In this document: positions 1-8,057 of the stretch, in pieces | How positions within the stretch are numbered: the stretch's first letter is position 1 | How the letters are laid out: every line of letters begins with the position of its first letter | IMG/VR virus record: IMGVR_UViG_3300035183_000096 | Location: 1 to 64,000 of that record | Length of the DNA: 64,000 nucleotides | Direction: 5' to 3' (one strand) | Origin: a virus | Notes under the pieces: model-generated | Told to the model about the DNA's origin: nothing | Seen by the model: only the letters and a program-made list of their open reading frames with translations | The model's database searches: none | Program-made: the position numbers and the translations under genes

Positions 1-215
1 GGAGGATTTATGTATGTTAAGTTTGCAAAGCCGGGTGAGCCGGTTTACTTAGTGATTAAACGCTGGGATATGCGACCGAAGGTTATCAAAGTTGACCAAA
101 ATAACCTTGCGGAAGCTACGAGAAACTTTTTCCTGAATAAATATACTTTCTGGCAAATTCCGAAACCTCTGTCTGAAGACGGAAACAACAAGGAAGAGCA
201 CGAGACTTGAACAAC

Positions 216-304
216 GGAAGCCAGGTCAGATATTGGTTTGCTGCACCTGTTTTGAAAACAGGACCGCATAACACGCGGTAAGGGTTCGATTCCCTTGGCT
301 TCCG
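216..304 (+). tRNA. tRNA-Ser(UGA)
   Basis: Acceptor ggaagcc/ggcttcc, anticodon arm cctgt-tttgaaa-acagg, long variable arm, GGTTCGATTCC T-arm; no encoded CCA. Confidence 0.9.
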
Positions 305-337
305 CTATGCCTAACGGCGGCTTTATCTTTGACAACG

Positions 338-411
338 GAGCTTAACTCCCTATGGCTGGGATGCGGTCTGCAAAACCGTAAGCAAGTGGTTCGACTCCAC
401 CCGTAGTCTCT
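338..411 (+). tRNA. tRNA-Cys(GCA), irregular acceptor/T junction (possibly degenerate)
   Basis: Anticodon arm gcggt-ctgcaaa-accgt, T arm gtgg-ttcgact-ccac, D stem tccc/ggga; imperfect acceptor gagctta/tagtctc with about 2 extra nt. Confidence 0.6.
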
Positions 412-690
412 CGCCTAACGTTTGGTAGGACCACGTTTTTATGAAAGGGTAGGCTATGTTAGAGAGAGCGTCCGACTTTGTTCGTAAGCTAAAGGGCGAT
501 GAAAAGATTGAACTATTTAACTTTATGGTTGATGTTTTTGACTTAAAGGACCACACACTTATTCTTTTTGCTAAACTCTGTGATTTCCCTATTGCTGAAG
601 TGGATATTCATGGGTAGTCTAATAGAGTCCTCAGTGAAGACTTAAGCCAGTGAGCGAAGGTTCCTTGCGAGTTGATGGACTGAGATAAAC

Positions 691-762
691 GGGGTGCAAG
701 CTTTAATAGTGAAGCATCTGCCTTTTAAGCAGAAGAAGTCGGGGCAGTACCGACGCACCCTA
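691..762 (+). tRNA. tRNA-Lys(UUU)
   Basis: Acceptor ggggtgc/gcaccct, anticodon arm tctgc-cttttaa-gcaga, atypical T loop ggcagta. Confidence 0.85.
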
Positions 763-782
763 TTGGTGGGAAACCACCTTAT

Positions 783-855
783 CGAGTACGTACTGCTGGG
801 GACAGTGGTGGGTCTTATATACCCGCTTAGCTGGGTTCGATTCCCAGGTACTCGA
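783..855 (+). tRNA. tRNA-Ile(UAU) copy 1
   Basis: Acceptor cgagtac/gtactcg, D stem actg/cagt, anticodon arm gtgggt-cttatat-acccgc, T arm ctggg-ttcgatt-cccag. Confidence 0.85.
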
Positions 856-856
856 C

Positions 857-995
857 TTGTTCGTAGGCTCAGTTGGTAGAGCGAGTTAGGTGTAAGTCGT
901 AAGACAACAGAAAAAGTACAAAAGAGCTTGACTCCACAATGGTTTTCTGGTACACTTAACTAAGTCGCGGGTTCGAGTCCCGCCGAACATAACCA
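857..995 (+). ncRNA. tRNA-like RNA with extended anticodon stem and ~56-nt insert replacing the anticodon loop
   Basis: Acceptor tgttcg/cgaaca, D arm gctc-agttggta-gagc, 11-bp stem agttaggtgta/tacacttaact, T arm gcggg-ttcgagt-cccgc. Confidence 0.75.
928..956 (+). promoter_or_regulatory. sigma70-type promoter inside the tRNA-like element
   Basis: TTGACT-17 nt-TACACT with extended -10 TG and an A-rich UP-like tract upstream. Confidence 0.65.
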
Positions 996-1130
996 TAGTG
1001 GTTAGCCCACTCTGTCCCCAAGGCAGTAATTAAACGGGGTATGCTTGGGTAATCCCGATGTAAGACTGGAAACAGGCCACCAGACTTGGCTTCTCTTGGT
1101 AACAAGAGATAAGTAGGATGTCCAGTCATT

Positions 1131-1204
1131 CGAGTACGTACTGCTGGGGACAGTGGTAGGTCTTATACACCTGCTTAAGCTGGGTTCGATTCCCAGGTAC
1201 TCGA
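1131..1204 (+). tRNA. tRNA-Ile(UAU) copy 2
   Basis: Near-identical to 783-855; anticodon arm gtaggt-cttatac-acctgc with a compensatory base-pair change. Confidence 0.85.
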
Positions 1205-1251
1205 CTTTAATGTATGTTGGTGTTCTTGTGTATTGAGTAAAGGAGAAAGTT

Positions 1252-1560
1252 ATGTTGGTTGATGTTGGCAATCGTAAGGTTGGTATTTGGATTCAGCATG
1301 ACCGTAGGGGCTTGTCTGGTAACTTCAATGAGGACCGTAAGCAAATTCAGCCTTGTACTAAGGCAACTGTCGAGATTGATGGCGTTAACTATCATGGCAT
1401 CGCTCGTCTTTCTTTTGCTGATAAGCAGTTTATCAAGCGTGAAGGTGTGAAGAGGGCGTTGAGACGGGCTTTGCAGAAGACCACACTAAACAAAGATGAA
1501 CGTAGTAGAATTTGGCGTAGGGTGTGGAATAACAAGTACGAACACTTCAACCCATGCTAG
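1252..1560 (+). CDS. phage hypothetical protein
   Basis: 102-aa ORF with AAGGAG RBS. Confidence 0.7.
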   Translation: MLVDVGNRKVGIWIQHDRRGLSGNFNEDRKQIQPCTKATVEIDGVNYHGIARLSFADKQFIKREGVKRALRRALQKTTLNKDERSRIWRRVWNNKYEHFNPC

Positions 1561-1768
1561 GATGGGCTATTATTCAGTAATCGGGAACCTAAGCGCCCGA
1601 ATGTCAAAGGCGGTATGGCTGCGACACAGCTAGGCGTAATACCGAAATGCGGATAACCTGCTAAGTTAAAACCTTGGCGGTATGCCTAAGAAAACGAATC
1701 CGCCTATCTTTGTACAAAGTAGAACGCTGGATAGGACTACATTCCGATTGTGATTATATGTCTTATCT
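1561..1768 (+). ncRNA. candidate structured ncRNA (6S-like rod with central bubble)
   Basis: Nested helices aatcggga/ttccgatt, tgtcaaaggcgg/ccgcctatctttgtaca, taggcgta/tatgccta in an ORF-free interval. Confidence 0.45.
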
Positions 1769-1799
1769 AACTACTTTCTACTTATCATACTGAAGATAT

Positions 1800-1872
1800 G
1801 TCCCTTTAGCTCAATCAGGAGAGCGCTTGCTTTACACGCAAGAGGTAGTTGGAGCAAAACCAACAAGGGACA
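1800..1872 (+). tRNA. tRNA-Val(UAC)
   Basis: Acceptor gtccctt/aagggac, anticodon arm cttgc-tttacac-gcaag, atypical T loop agcaaaa. Confidence 0.88.
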
Positions 1873-1897
1873 CTGTTGAGCAGCTAAGTTAGTATTC

Positions 1898-1968
1898 GCC
1901 CGCATAATATAGTGGAATTATGCAAAGTTTGTACCTTTGATACCTAGGTTCGATTCCTAGTGCGGGCT
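1898..1968 (+). tRNA. tRNA-Thr(UGU)
   Basis: Acceptor gcccgca/tgcgggc, anticodon arm caaag-tttgtac-ctttg, T arm ctagg-ttcgatt-cctag. Confidence 0.85.
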
Positions 1969-1986
1969 TTATTTTGGCTCTGTTAG

Positions 1987-2057
1987 CGTCCCAAGGTGTT
2001 ACGGGAGCACGCTTCTCTGATACAGAAGGGGACCACGTTCAATTCGTGGTGGGACGA
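1987..2057 (+). tRNA. tRNA-Ile(GAU)
   Basis: Acceptor cgtccca/tgggacg, anticodon arm cttct-ctgatac-agaag, T arm ccacg-ttcaatt-cgtgg. Confidence 0.85.
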
Positions 2058-2372
2058 CTAGGTGAGTATTTCTTTTCACACGCACAGGTGCCTAATGAAC
2101 GTCAAATTCCAAAACGCAATAGACGCAGGTTTGTGGGTTACGCCTAACTATCCAAAGGAAGATGATGGTATAGAGATTAAAGCTGGTACTCCTGAAACAA
2201 ATGAACCCACATTTTGTTCTTGCTCAACGGCACAAGTTGTGCATGGTGGGTGTAAATGCGGTTGGTTTCAAGTTGAACAGAAGCGAAAAAAGGAAGGGAC
2301 TAATTATGATGATTAATGAGTAGTGTATTCGACCGCCAGGGGTTTATTATGTGGATGTAAAAGGAGGTTGTA

Positions 2373-2777
2373 ATGGTTCCTATTCGTTATTTTGGTAATG
2401 GTAATTTGATGTCCGTGTTTGACGAATTTCTTAATATGGGCATGGATAACCGTGCTCCAGCAGTAAACATTGGTTATACAGACGACAGCTTTGTTGTAGA
2501 AGCGAAAGTTCCTGGTTATACAGCACAAGACCTAGATATTAAAGTGACTAGTGATAATGTGCTGGAAATCACAGGGAAAAATAAGCAAACACAGGAGAAT
2601 AAGTATGAGGATTGGGTGCACCAGGAGTGGACTTATAATGAGTTCACTAGACAAATTAAGCTACCAAGCGATATTGACGGTGAACCAGAAGCTAAACTTC
2701 ATAATGGTATCCTAATGCTTAATTGGCATCGAAACAGGGAAAAACAGAAAACCAAGAGAATAAGACTGCAAACGTGA
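2373..2777 (+). CDS. small heat shock protein (Hsp20/alpha-crystallin)
   Basis: PAVNI..., VPG...DLDIKV..NVLEITG, FTRQIKLP, EAKLHNGILML; AGGAGG RBS. Confidence 0.92.
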   Translation: MVPIRYFGNGNLMSVFDEFLNMGMDNRAPAVNIGYTDDSFVVEAKVPGYTAQDLDIKVTSDNVLEITGKNKQTQENKYEDWVHQEWTYNEFTRQIKLPSDIDGEPEAKLHNGILMLNWHRNREKQKTKRIRLQT

Positions 2778-2783
2778 TGTATT

Positions 2784-2811
2784 AGCCCGGCTCATACCGG
2801 GCGTTTTTTTT
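2784..2811 (+). terminator. intrinsic terminator
   Basis: gcccgg-ctcata-ccgggc followed by a T tract. Confidence 0.85.
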
Positions 2812-3043
2812 GTGGGCCGTCATGTGTCGTGGGGGCGAGTCTAATGAAGCTCAAATTAGATAGGATTCAGGATAACTTAAAAAAGTTGGATAGACTTGAA
2901 GACAATTTAAGAGCGATTGGCGCCTCCGCCGGTGTCGTCGCCATACAAGAAGCAAAGGAATTAATAAACTTTCTAGTTGGTGTAAGATTTGAAAGCGCTT
3001 CACCCTATAAGAAGGTTGAAGAGATAGACATAGAACAAAATAC

Positions 3044-3077
3044 ACATCGGTCTGCTTAGCGGTGCCGATGTTTTTTT
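3044..3077 (+). terminator. intrinsic terminator
   Basis: catcgg...ccgatg stem followed by T7. Confidence 0.75.
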
Positions 3078-3140
3078 ATGTAGAAAGGACTTATGGTAGG
3101 CCGGTGTAAGATATAATAAGGGGTACAATCCTTATTATAG

Positions 3141-3542
3141 GTGAAAGATATGCTTACTACAGGCAAACAGAAGTGGGTTAAAAAAATCTGGGGTTGGGAA
3201 TTGATTATTGAAAACAATCCTTATTATTGCTTAAAGATATTGCATATAGAGCATAATTTAGCGTTTAGTTGGCAGTTCCATATGAACAAGACGGAGACTT
3301 TCTTTATTAAATCTGGTAAAATCATTTTATATCATGGCGATACTCCTGACTTCAATAAAGCGAAAAAGCTCGTTTTGGTCGAAGGTGACAGTATTACTAT
3401 TTATCCTGGTGAGTGGCATCAGGCTTATGCTGATGATGGAGACGCGGAAGTTATTGAAACAAGTACGCATCATTCCGACGAAGATGTATATAGAACGGCT
3501 GAAGCATGGCATAAGTTCAAGCTAACACAATCGGATAAGTAA
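3141..3542 (+). CDS. cupin-domain protein (mannose-6-phosphate isomerase-like)
   Basis: VKKIWGWE, SWQFHMNKTETF, PGEWHQ, ETSTHHSDEDVYR motifs. Confidence 0.8.
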   Translation: MKDMLTTGKQKWVKKIWGWELIIENNPYYCLKILHIEHNLAFSWQFHMNKTETFFIKSGKIILYHGDTPDFNKAKKLVLVEGDSITIYPGEWHQAYADDGDAEVIETSTHHSDEDVYRTAEAWHKFKLTQSDK

Positions 3543-3605
3543 TCGGAGATTTTTTATAGGTGTATTAGAACTTAGTACATTATATCTACCAAGGAGAATG
3601 AAAGT

Positions 3606-4151
3606 ATGCCTATTATCTCAACTGATTTACTATATAAGTTTAGTGTAAAAACTGGCTATGCTGGTAACTCAACAGCCGGTACTGCTGCTGGTTCACTAGG
3701 TAAATATATAAGCACAACACAAATTGCTGATAATACCCTAAACAATCTATTTGATGATGTTACTGGTGATGAAAATGCTGCTAGCGATGTTGAATATCGT
3801 TGCATATTCATACACAATGCTCATGATTCCTTGACCCTACAAAACGCGGTTGTGTGGTTACAGTCTGAAGTTAGCGGTGGAGCAAGCATAGCTATTGCTA
3901 TTGATAACATTGAGGCTTCTCTTATAGATTCTGAGTCTGACCAAGCTGATGAAATCGCTGACGAGAATACTGCTCCAGGCCCAGGCGTAGGCAGTTTTTC
4001 TTCTCCTACAAGTAAAAGTAGCGCTCTTTCTCTTGGTGATATAGCCGCTGGTCAATGTCGTGCTATATGGATAAGAAGGACTGCCGCTAATACTTCTCCT
4101 AAGAATAATGATGGTGTTACTCTTCGTGTTGAAGGCGATACCGCTGAATAA
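3606..4151 (+). CDS. probable virion structural protein
   Basis: SLGKYISTT..NNLFDDVTGDE..EYRCIFIHN..AIWIRR; Ser/Thr/Ala-rich. Confidence 0.6.
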   Translation: MPIISTDLLYKFSVKTGYAGNSTAGTAAGSLGKYISTTQIADNTLNNLFDDVTGDENAASDVEYRCIFIHNAHDSLTLQNAVVWLQSEVSGGASIAIAIDNIEASLIDSESDQADEIADENTAPGPGVGSFSSPTSKSSALSLGDIAAGQCRAIWIRRTAANTSPKNNDGVTLRVEGDTAE

Positions 4152-4163
4152 GGATGGTGATAA

Positions 4164-5729
4164 ATGGCTGACAATACAACGCTAAACACAATGACGGGCG
4201 GTGATGTTTACCGTTCTAAGGACCGTAGTGGTGTTAAAACAAGCATAATAGCCTTAGACTTAAACCCATCAGGCAGTGAGCAGTTACAAGAATCTGTTGC
4301 TCTTGGTGATGGAACCTCTAATCCTACACTTCCATCGTGGGGTGTGTTTATGCAGTTGTTTAACGGAACAACTTGGGATAGAGTAAGGGGGGATACGACT
4401 AATGGCCTTGATGTAGATGTTACTCGTTTACCTAGTTTACCCGCAGGTTCTAATGCAATAGGTAAGTTAGCAGCTAACGATGGTGTTGATATAGGCGATG
4501 TTACAATCAATAACCCTACACTAACAGTAGTTAATGCAGGCACATTTGTTGTTCAGGACAATCAGGTTTTAACGGATAATGCTCAATTCACCGATGGTTC
4601 AAATAAAGTATTTACAGCGGGTTATATTTACGATGAAGTAGCTGGCACCGCTCTAACTGAAAACGACGTTGCTGCTGCTAGAATAAATGCTAATAGGGCT
4701 ATTGTAGGTATTATTGAAGATGGTAGCACCCGTGCTAGATACGCCACAGTTACAGCATCTAACGCTCTAAAAGTAGATGGCTCTGCTGTTACACAACCAG
4801 TTTCTATAGCCGCCACCGTCACAGTGGATTCTGAATTACCTGCTGCTGCTGCTTTAGCTGATGCCGCTGCTAATCCAACAGCACCGCTTGTTGGTGACTG
4901 CTTACTTGTATATAACGGTAGCACTTGGGATAGAGCGAGAGAGGCTGTTGATGCCCTAGACTCAACTGGTACAGGTATTCTAAGTGCAGCTATGATAGCT
5001 CAGTTTGATAATGTTAGCCCAACACCTATTACTGAAAACCAATTCGGCAATGTAAGAATGTCAGCAAATAGGAGTTTGTTTGTTAACATTCGTGATGCTG
5101 CTGGTAACGAAAGAGGAGTAAACGTCAACGCATCTAATCAGATGAGCGTAAGCGTGGATAATACTGTAGCTGTTGGTAATGTAGCAACCATTGGTACATC
5201 TATAGTTCCAGGTACGGGTGCAACAAACTTAGGTAAGGCTGAAGATGCTGTTGCTATCACTGGTGATACCGGCGTATTTATCTTGGGTGTAAGACGCGAT
5301 ACTCCAGCAAGCAATTGTGCTAATGGTGACTATTGTGAAATACCAGTAAGTGGACAAGGCGCTGTGTGGGTAAGTATGACGCCTTCTACTGGTGGCGGTT
5401 GGTCAATAAGTAGAACTCTTTCTACTGCATCAACTAATGCAACTAGCATAAAAGCATCCGCAGGTATAGTTGGTGGGTGGTATATATTTAATACTAATAC
5501 ATCAAGAAGATATGTTAAGCTGTATAATAAGGCTTCATCACCTACGGTTGGTACTGATACACCAGCCATAACTATTCCGGTGCCAGCGGGCGGTGCTGTC
5601 AACGTAGAATTTACAAATGGTATAAATTTTGGAGCCGGAATTGCTATGGCTATGACGACCGGGGTTGCTGATAGTGATACCGGAGCTGTTGGTGCTAACG
5701 ACTTAATACTTAACCTCTTTTATAAGTAG
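4164..5729 (+). CDS. probable tail fibre/virion appendage protein
   Basis: 521 aa, Ala/Thr/Gly-rich, repeated NGxTWDR motif, beta-rich C-terminal domain. Confidence 0.6.
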   Translation: MADNTTLNTMTGGDVYRSKDRSGVKTSIIALDLNPSGSEQLQESVALGDGTSNPTLPSWGVFMQLFNGTTWDRVRGDTTNGLDVDVTRLPSLPAGSNAIGKLAANDGVDIGDVTINNPTLTVVNAGTFVVQDNQVLTDNAQFTDGSNKVFTAGYIYDEVAGTALTENDVAAARINANRAIVGIIEDGSTRARYATVTASNALKVDGSAVTQPVSIAATVTVDSELPAAAALADAAANPTAPLVGDCLLVYNGSTWDRAREAVDALDSTGTGILSAAMIAQFDNVSPTPITENQFGNVRMSANRSLFVNIRDAAGNERGVNVNASNQMSVSVDNTVAVGNVATIGTSIVPGTGATNLGKAEDAVAITGDTGVFILGVRRDTPASNCANGDYCEIPVSGQGAVWVSMTPSTGGGWSISRTLSTASTNATSIKASAGIVGGWYIFNTNTSRRYVKLYNKASSPTVGTDTPAITIPVPAGGAVNVEFTNGINFGAGIAMAMTTGVADSDTGAVGANDLILNLFYK

Positions 5730-5737
5730 GATATGTC

Positions 5738-6463
5738 ATGGCTTTTGCAGTAGGGCGTAGTATTGCGTCAGCTAATCGTCAGGATGGAATATCAAATCCA
5801 TTCCCGCCAGAATGGGCATTTACCACTAGCGGTAACTTAAATGTGGGTGAGCTTGGCATACTTGTTCTTGCTGATGTTAATGATATAACATCCATAACGG
5901 ATGCCGCTGGAAATATATGGACAAAGATTGCTGAACACGCGAATTCTAATAACTCTGCTTACGCTGGTAGTATATGTTCAATATATTACACTATAGCCAG
6001 TAGCACATTACTATCCGGTGGTACTATTACTGTTATATATAATGGCAATGCTTCTGGTGGTAAAGCTGTCACTGGATTTGCTTTTACTCTAGCTAAAAGC
6101 ACTATAACTATCACTGGTATAAATACACTATCTGACGACGCCGCAGACCCTGGTTCTATAACATCTAATCCAAGTACAGGTAATGTAGAACACCTTTTTA
6201 TAAGAGGATGTGCTGGTGAGACAAATAGTACGATTTATACACCAAGCGCAAACTTTACTGCGTTTACACATACAAGTTCTCAATGTGCCGCTGATGTCGG
6301 CGGAACTGGACCAACAGCAGCTCGTGGTGAATATAGAATTGTAACAGCGTCTTCAAATAGTACAGACCCTAGTGCTGTGAGTGCAAATTGGGCAAGCATT
6401 ATGGTAGCTATAGATGAAGGAACAATAGTTAGAATGTTAGCATCTACAGGAGTAGGCAAGTAA
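5738..6463 (+). CDS. probable virion structural protein
   Basis: Ser/Thr/Ala-rich beta-type sequence co-oriented in the structural cluster. Confidence 0.5.
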   Translation: MAFAVGRSIASANRQDGISNPFPPEWAFTTSGNLNVGELGILVLADVNDITSITDAAGNIWTKIAEHANSNNSAYAGSICSIYYTIASSTLLSGGTITVIYNGNASGGKAVTGFAFTLAKSTITITGINTLSDDAADPGSITSNPSTGNVEHLFIRGCAGETNSTIYTPSANFTAFTHTSSQCAADVGGTGPTAARGEYRIVTASSNSTDPSAVSANWASIMVAIDEGTIVRMLASTGVGK

Positions 6464-7266
6464 TGTTACTTCCTTATATTTCTGGTTCTATATCTACGCT
6501 TGCCCAAGTCAATAAAGATATTACGTTTCTATGGAACGTCCGCTCTCTTGTTAATAACGATTCCCAATTGATATGGAACACTAGAGCGGCTGTCGGTAAA
6601 AACGTAAGCTGTCTTTGGAACGTCTATTCTTTAGTTAATAAGGATAATACAATAGTATGGAATGTTAAAACGCTGGCAAACAAAGACGTGCAGACACTTT
6701 GGAATGTGTTAGCCAACATAGGTAAGAACAATTCTTATATTTGGAATGTTGGTCAAACAGTTGGTAAAAGCTCTCAATGGATTTGGAATGTAAGATGTTT
6801 AGGCAACAAGGACTTACAAGCACTATGGAATACGAAGGCGCTGGCTAATCAAACACGGCAACTTGTTTGGAATGTTAAAACCTGTGTAGGTGAAAATAGT
6901 CAACTTATATGGAATACAAGAAGTTTAGCAAACAAAAGTAATATATTTTTGTGGAACACTAGAGCATTAGCCGCCGATGATTTGGGCCTATTGTGGGATG
7001 TAAAATCAGTGGTTGGTAGAAATCGTACAGCTTTATGGAATGTGCTTACTTCAACCAGTAAAGACCTAATACTTCCTTGGAATACTAAGGCTTCCTCTGG
7101 TAAAAATCTAGTTATTCTATGGAGTATTAGAGATTATGAAATCATTGTACTTGACTGGGATTTATATATAACAACCATGTTTACCGACGACTTAACGCTT
7201 AAAATAAAGATTACTAAGTTAGTAGAGGAGGACTTATGGCTTCAAAAGTGCGTCTTGGTGACATAG
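6463..7266 (+). CDS. 14-aa tandem repeat protein (WNV/WNT repeats), probable virion fibre
   Basis: About 15 repeats such as VNKDITFLWNVRSL, VNNDSQLIWNTRAA, ANKDVQTLWNVLAN. Confidence 0.75.
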   Translation: MLLPYISGSISTLAQVNKDITFLWNVRSLVNNDSQLIWNTRAAVGKNVSCLWNVYSLVNKDNTIVWNVKTLANKDVQTLWNVLANIGKNNSYIWNVGQTVGKSSQWIWNVRCLGNKDLQALWNTKALANQTRQLVWNVKTCVGENSQLIWNTRSLANKSNIFLWNTRALAADDLGLLWDVKSVVGRNRTALWNVLTSTSKDLILPWNTKASSGKNLVILWSIRDYEIIVLDWDLYITTMFTDDLTLKIKITKLVEEDLWLQKCVLVT

Positions 7267-7544
7267 GTGTGATTTTTAAGGTTAGAATAAGAAATGAAGA
7301 TGGTAATATAGAAAACTTAACTACTGCTAGTACAAAGCAACTCATTTTCAGGAAACCTGATGGCACTAGCGAAACAAAAAATGCTAGTTTTAGCACGGAT
7401 GGCTCTGATGGATATATCCAATATATATCCAAAGAGGGGGATTTGGACGTAAAAGGTATATGGAAGTTGCAGGCTTTTATTGTACTTGGCGGCAATGAAT
7501 GGCATACCACATTAAGTGAGTTTGAAGTCACGAAAATTCTGTAA
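7236..7544 (+). CDS. BppU-like baseplate/adaptor protein
   Basis: GDIG..F...FRKPDGT..DGYIQY..GDLDVKGIWKLQA. Confidence 0.6.
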   Translation: MASKVRLGDIGVIFKVRIRNEDGNIENLTTASTKQLIFRKPDGTSETKNASFSTDGSDGYIQYISKEGDLDVKGIWKLQAFIVLGGNEWHTTLSEFEVTKIL

Positions 7545-7551
7545 TTTCCTA

Positions 7552-7580
7552 TTGACAATGCCTACGACTTATGGTAAGAT
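7552..7580 (+). promoter_or_regulatory. sigma70 promoter
   Basis: TTGACA-17 nt-TAAGAT with extended -10 TG. Confidence 0.75.
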
Positions 7581-8057
7581 TGGAAGGACAATAAGCTAAC
7601 TTTTGACTTTACAAAGACTGGACGATTATTTAATTATTTCTTGTAGGTGCAACATGCTTATAAAAGATATTCCTCTATATAGCTGGTTTACTGGTCCTCA
7701 ACGCAAAACACTATGGATGAAGACGGAAATTAAGTTTCCTGAGATTAAGTATGCTGATTACACTAACTTTCTATTGGTGAGTTTTCCAACACACACAGCA
7801 TTCTTTCTACCACAATCATTGATGAACATGGATGCACACCAATTAACGTATGTTGAAGCTATAGAATTCCTACGGTCTAATGTTCCAGCACCACCTATTC
7901 CTGTGATTAAGTCAAACGAAACGAATGGATAAGTTTTTGGATGAAGTTCCTAATATAGCTGGTGGAGTTTTTATCTTCACGTTTATCTTTCTAATAATAC
8001 TTGCTATCTTTTTAAGGTAGCATAAGACGCATTCGTCTATTTGGTAAGGAGCACGTT

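Noticed and set aside
618-690. Possible ncRNA closed by ctcagt/actgag
   Set aside because: Only one short helix is convincing and the interior has no clear fold.
857-995. tmRNA or group I intron-containing tRNA
   Set aside because: Has a full D stem, lacks an Ala-type acceptor and tag ORF, and the insert is far too short for a group I intron.
1005-1050. Twister ribozyme (GUCCCCAAG...GGGG resemblance)
   Set aside because: The conserved UAA cleavage-site segment and second pseudoknot could not be placed; kept only as an unknown structured element.
4208-5602. Antisense ORFs nested in long genes (also 16956-17820, 49040-49648 and others)
   Set aside because: Shadow frames of well-supported genes, with no motifs or evident RBS.
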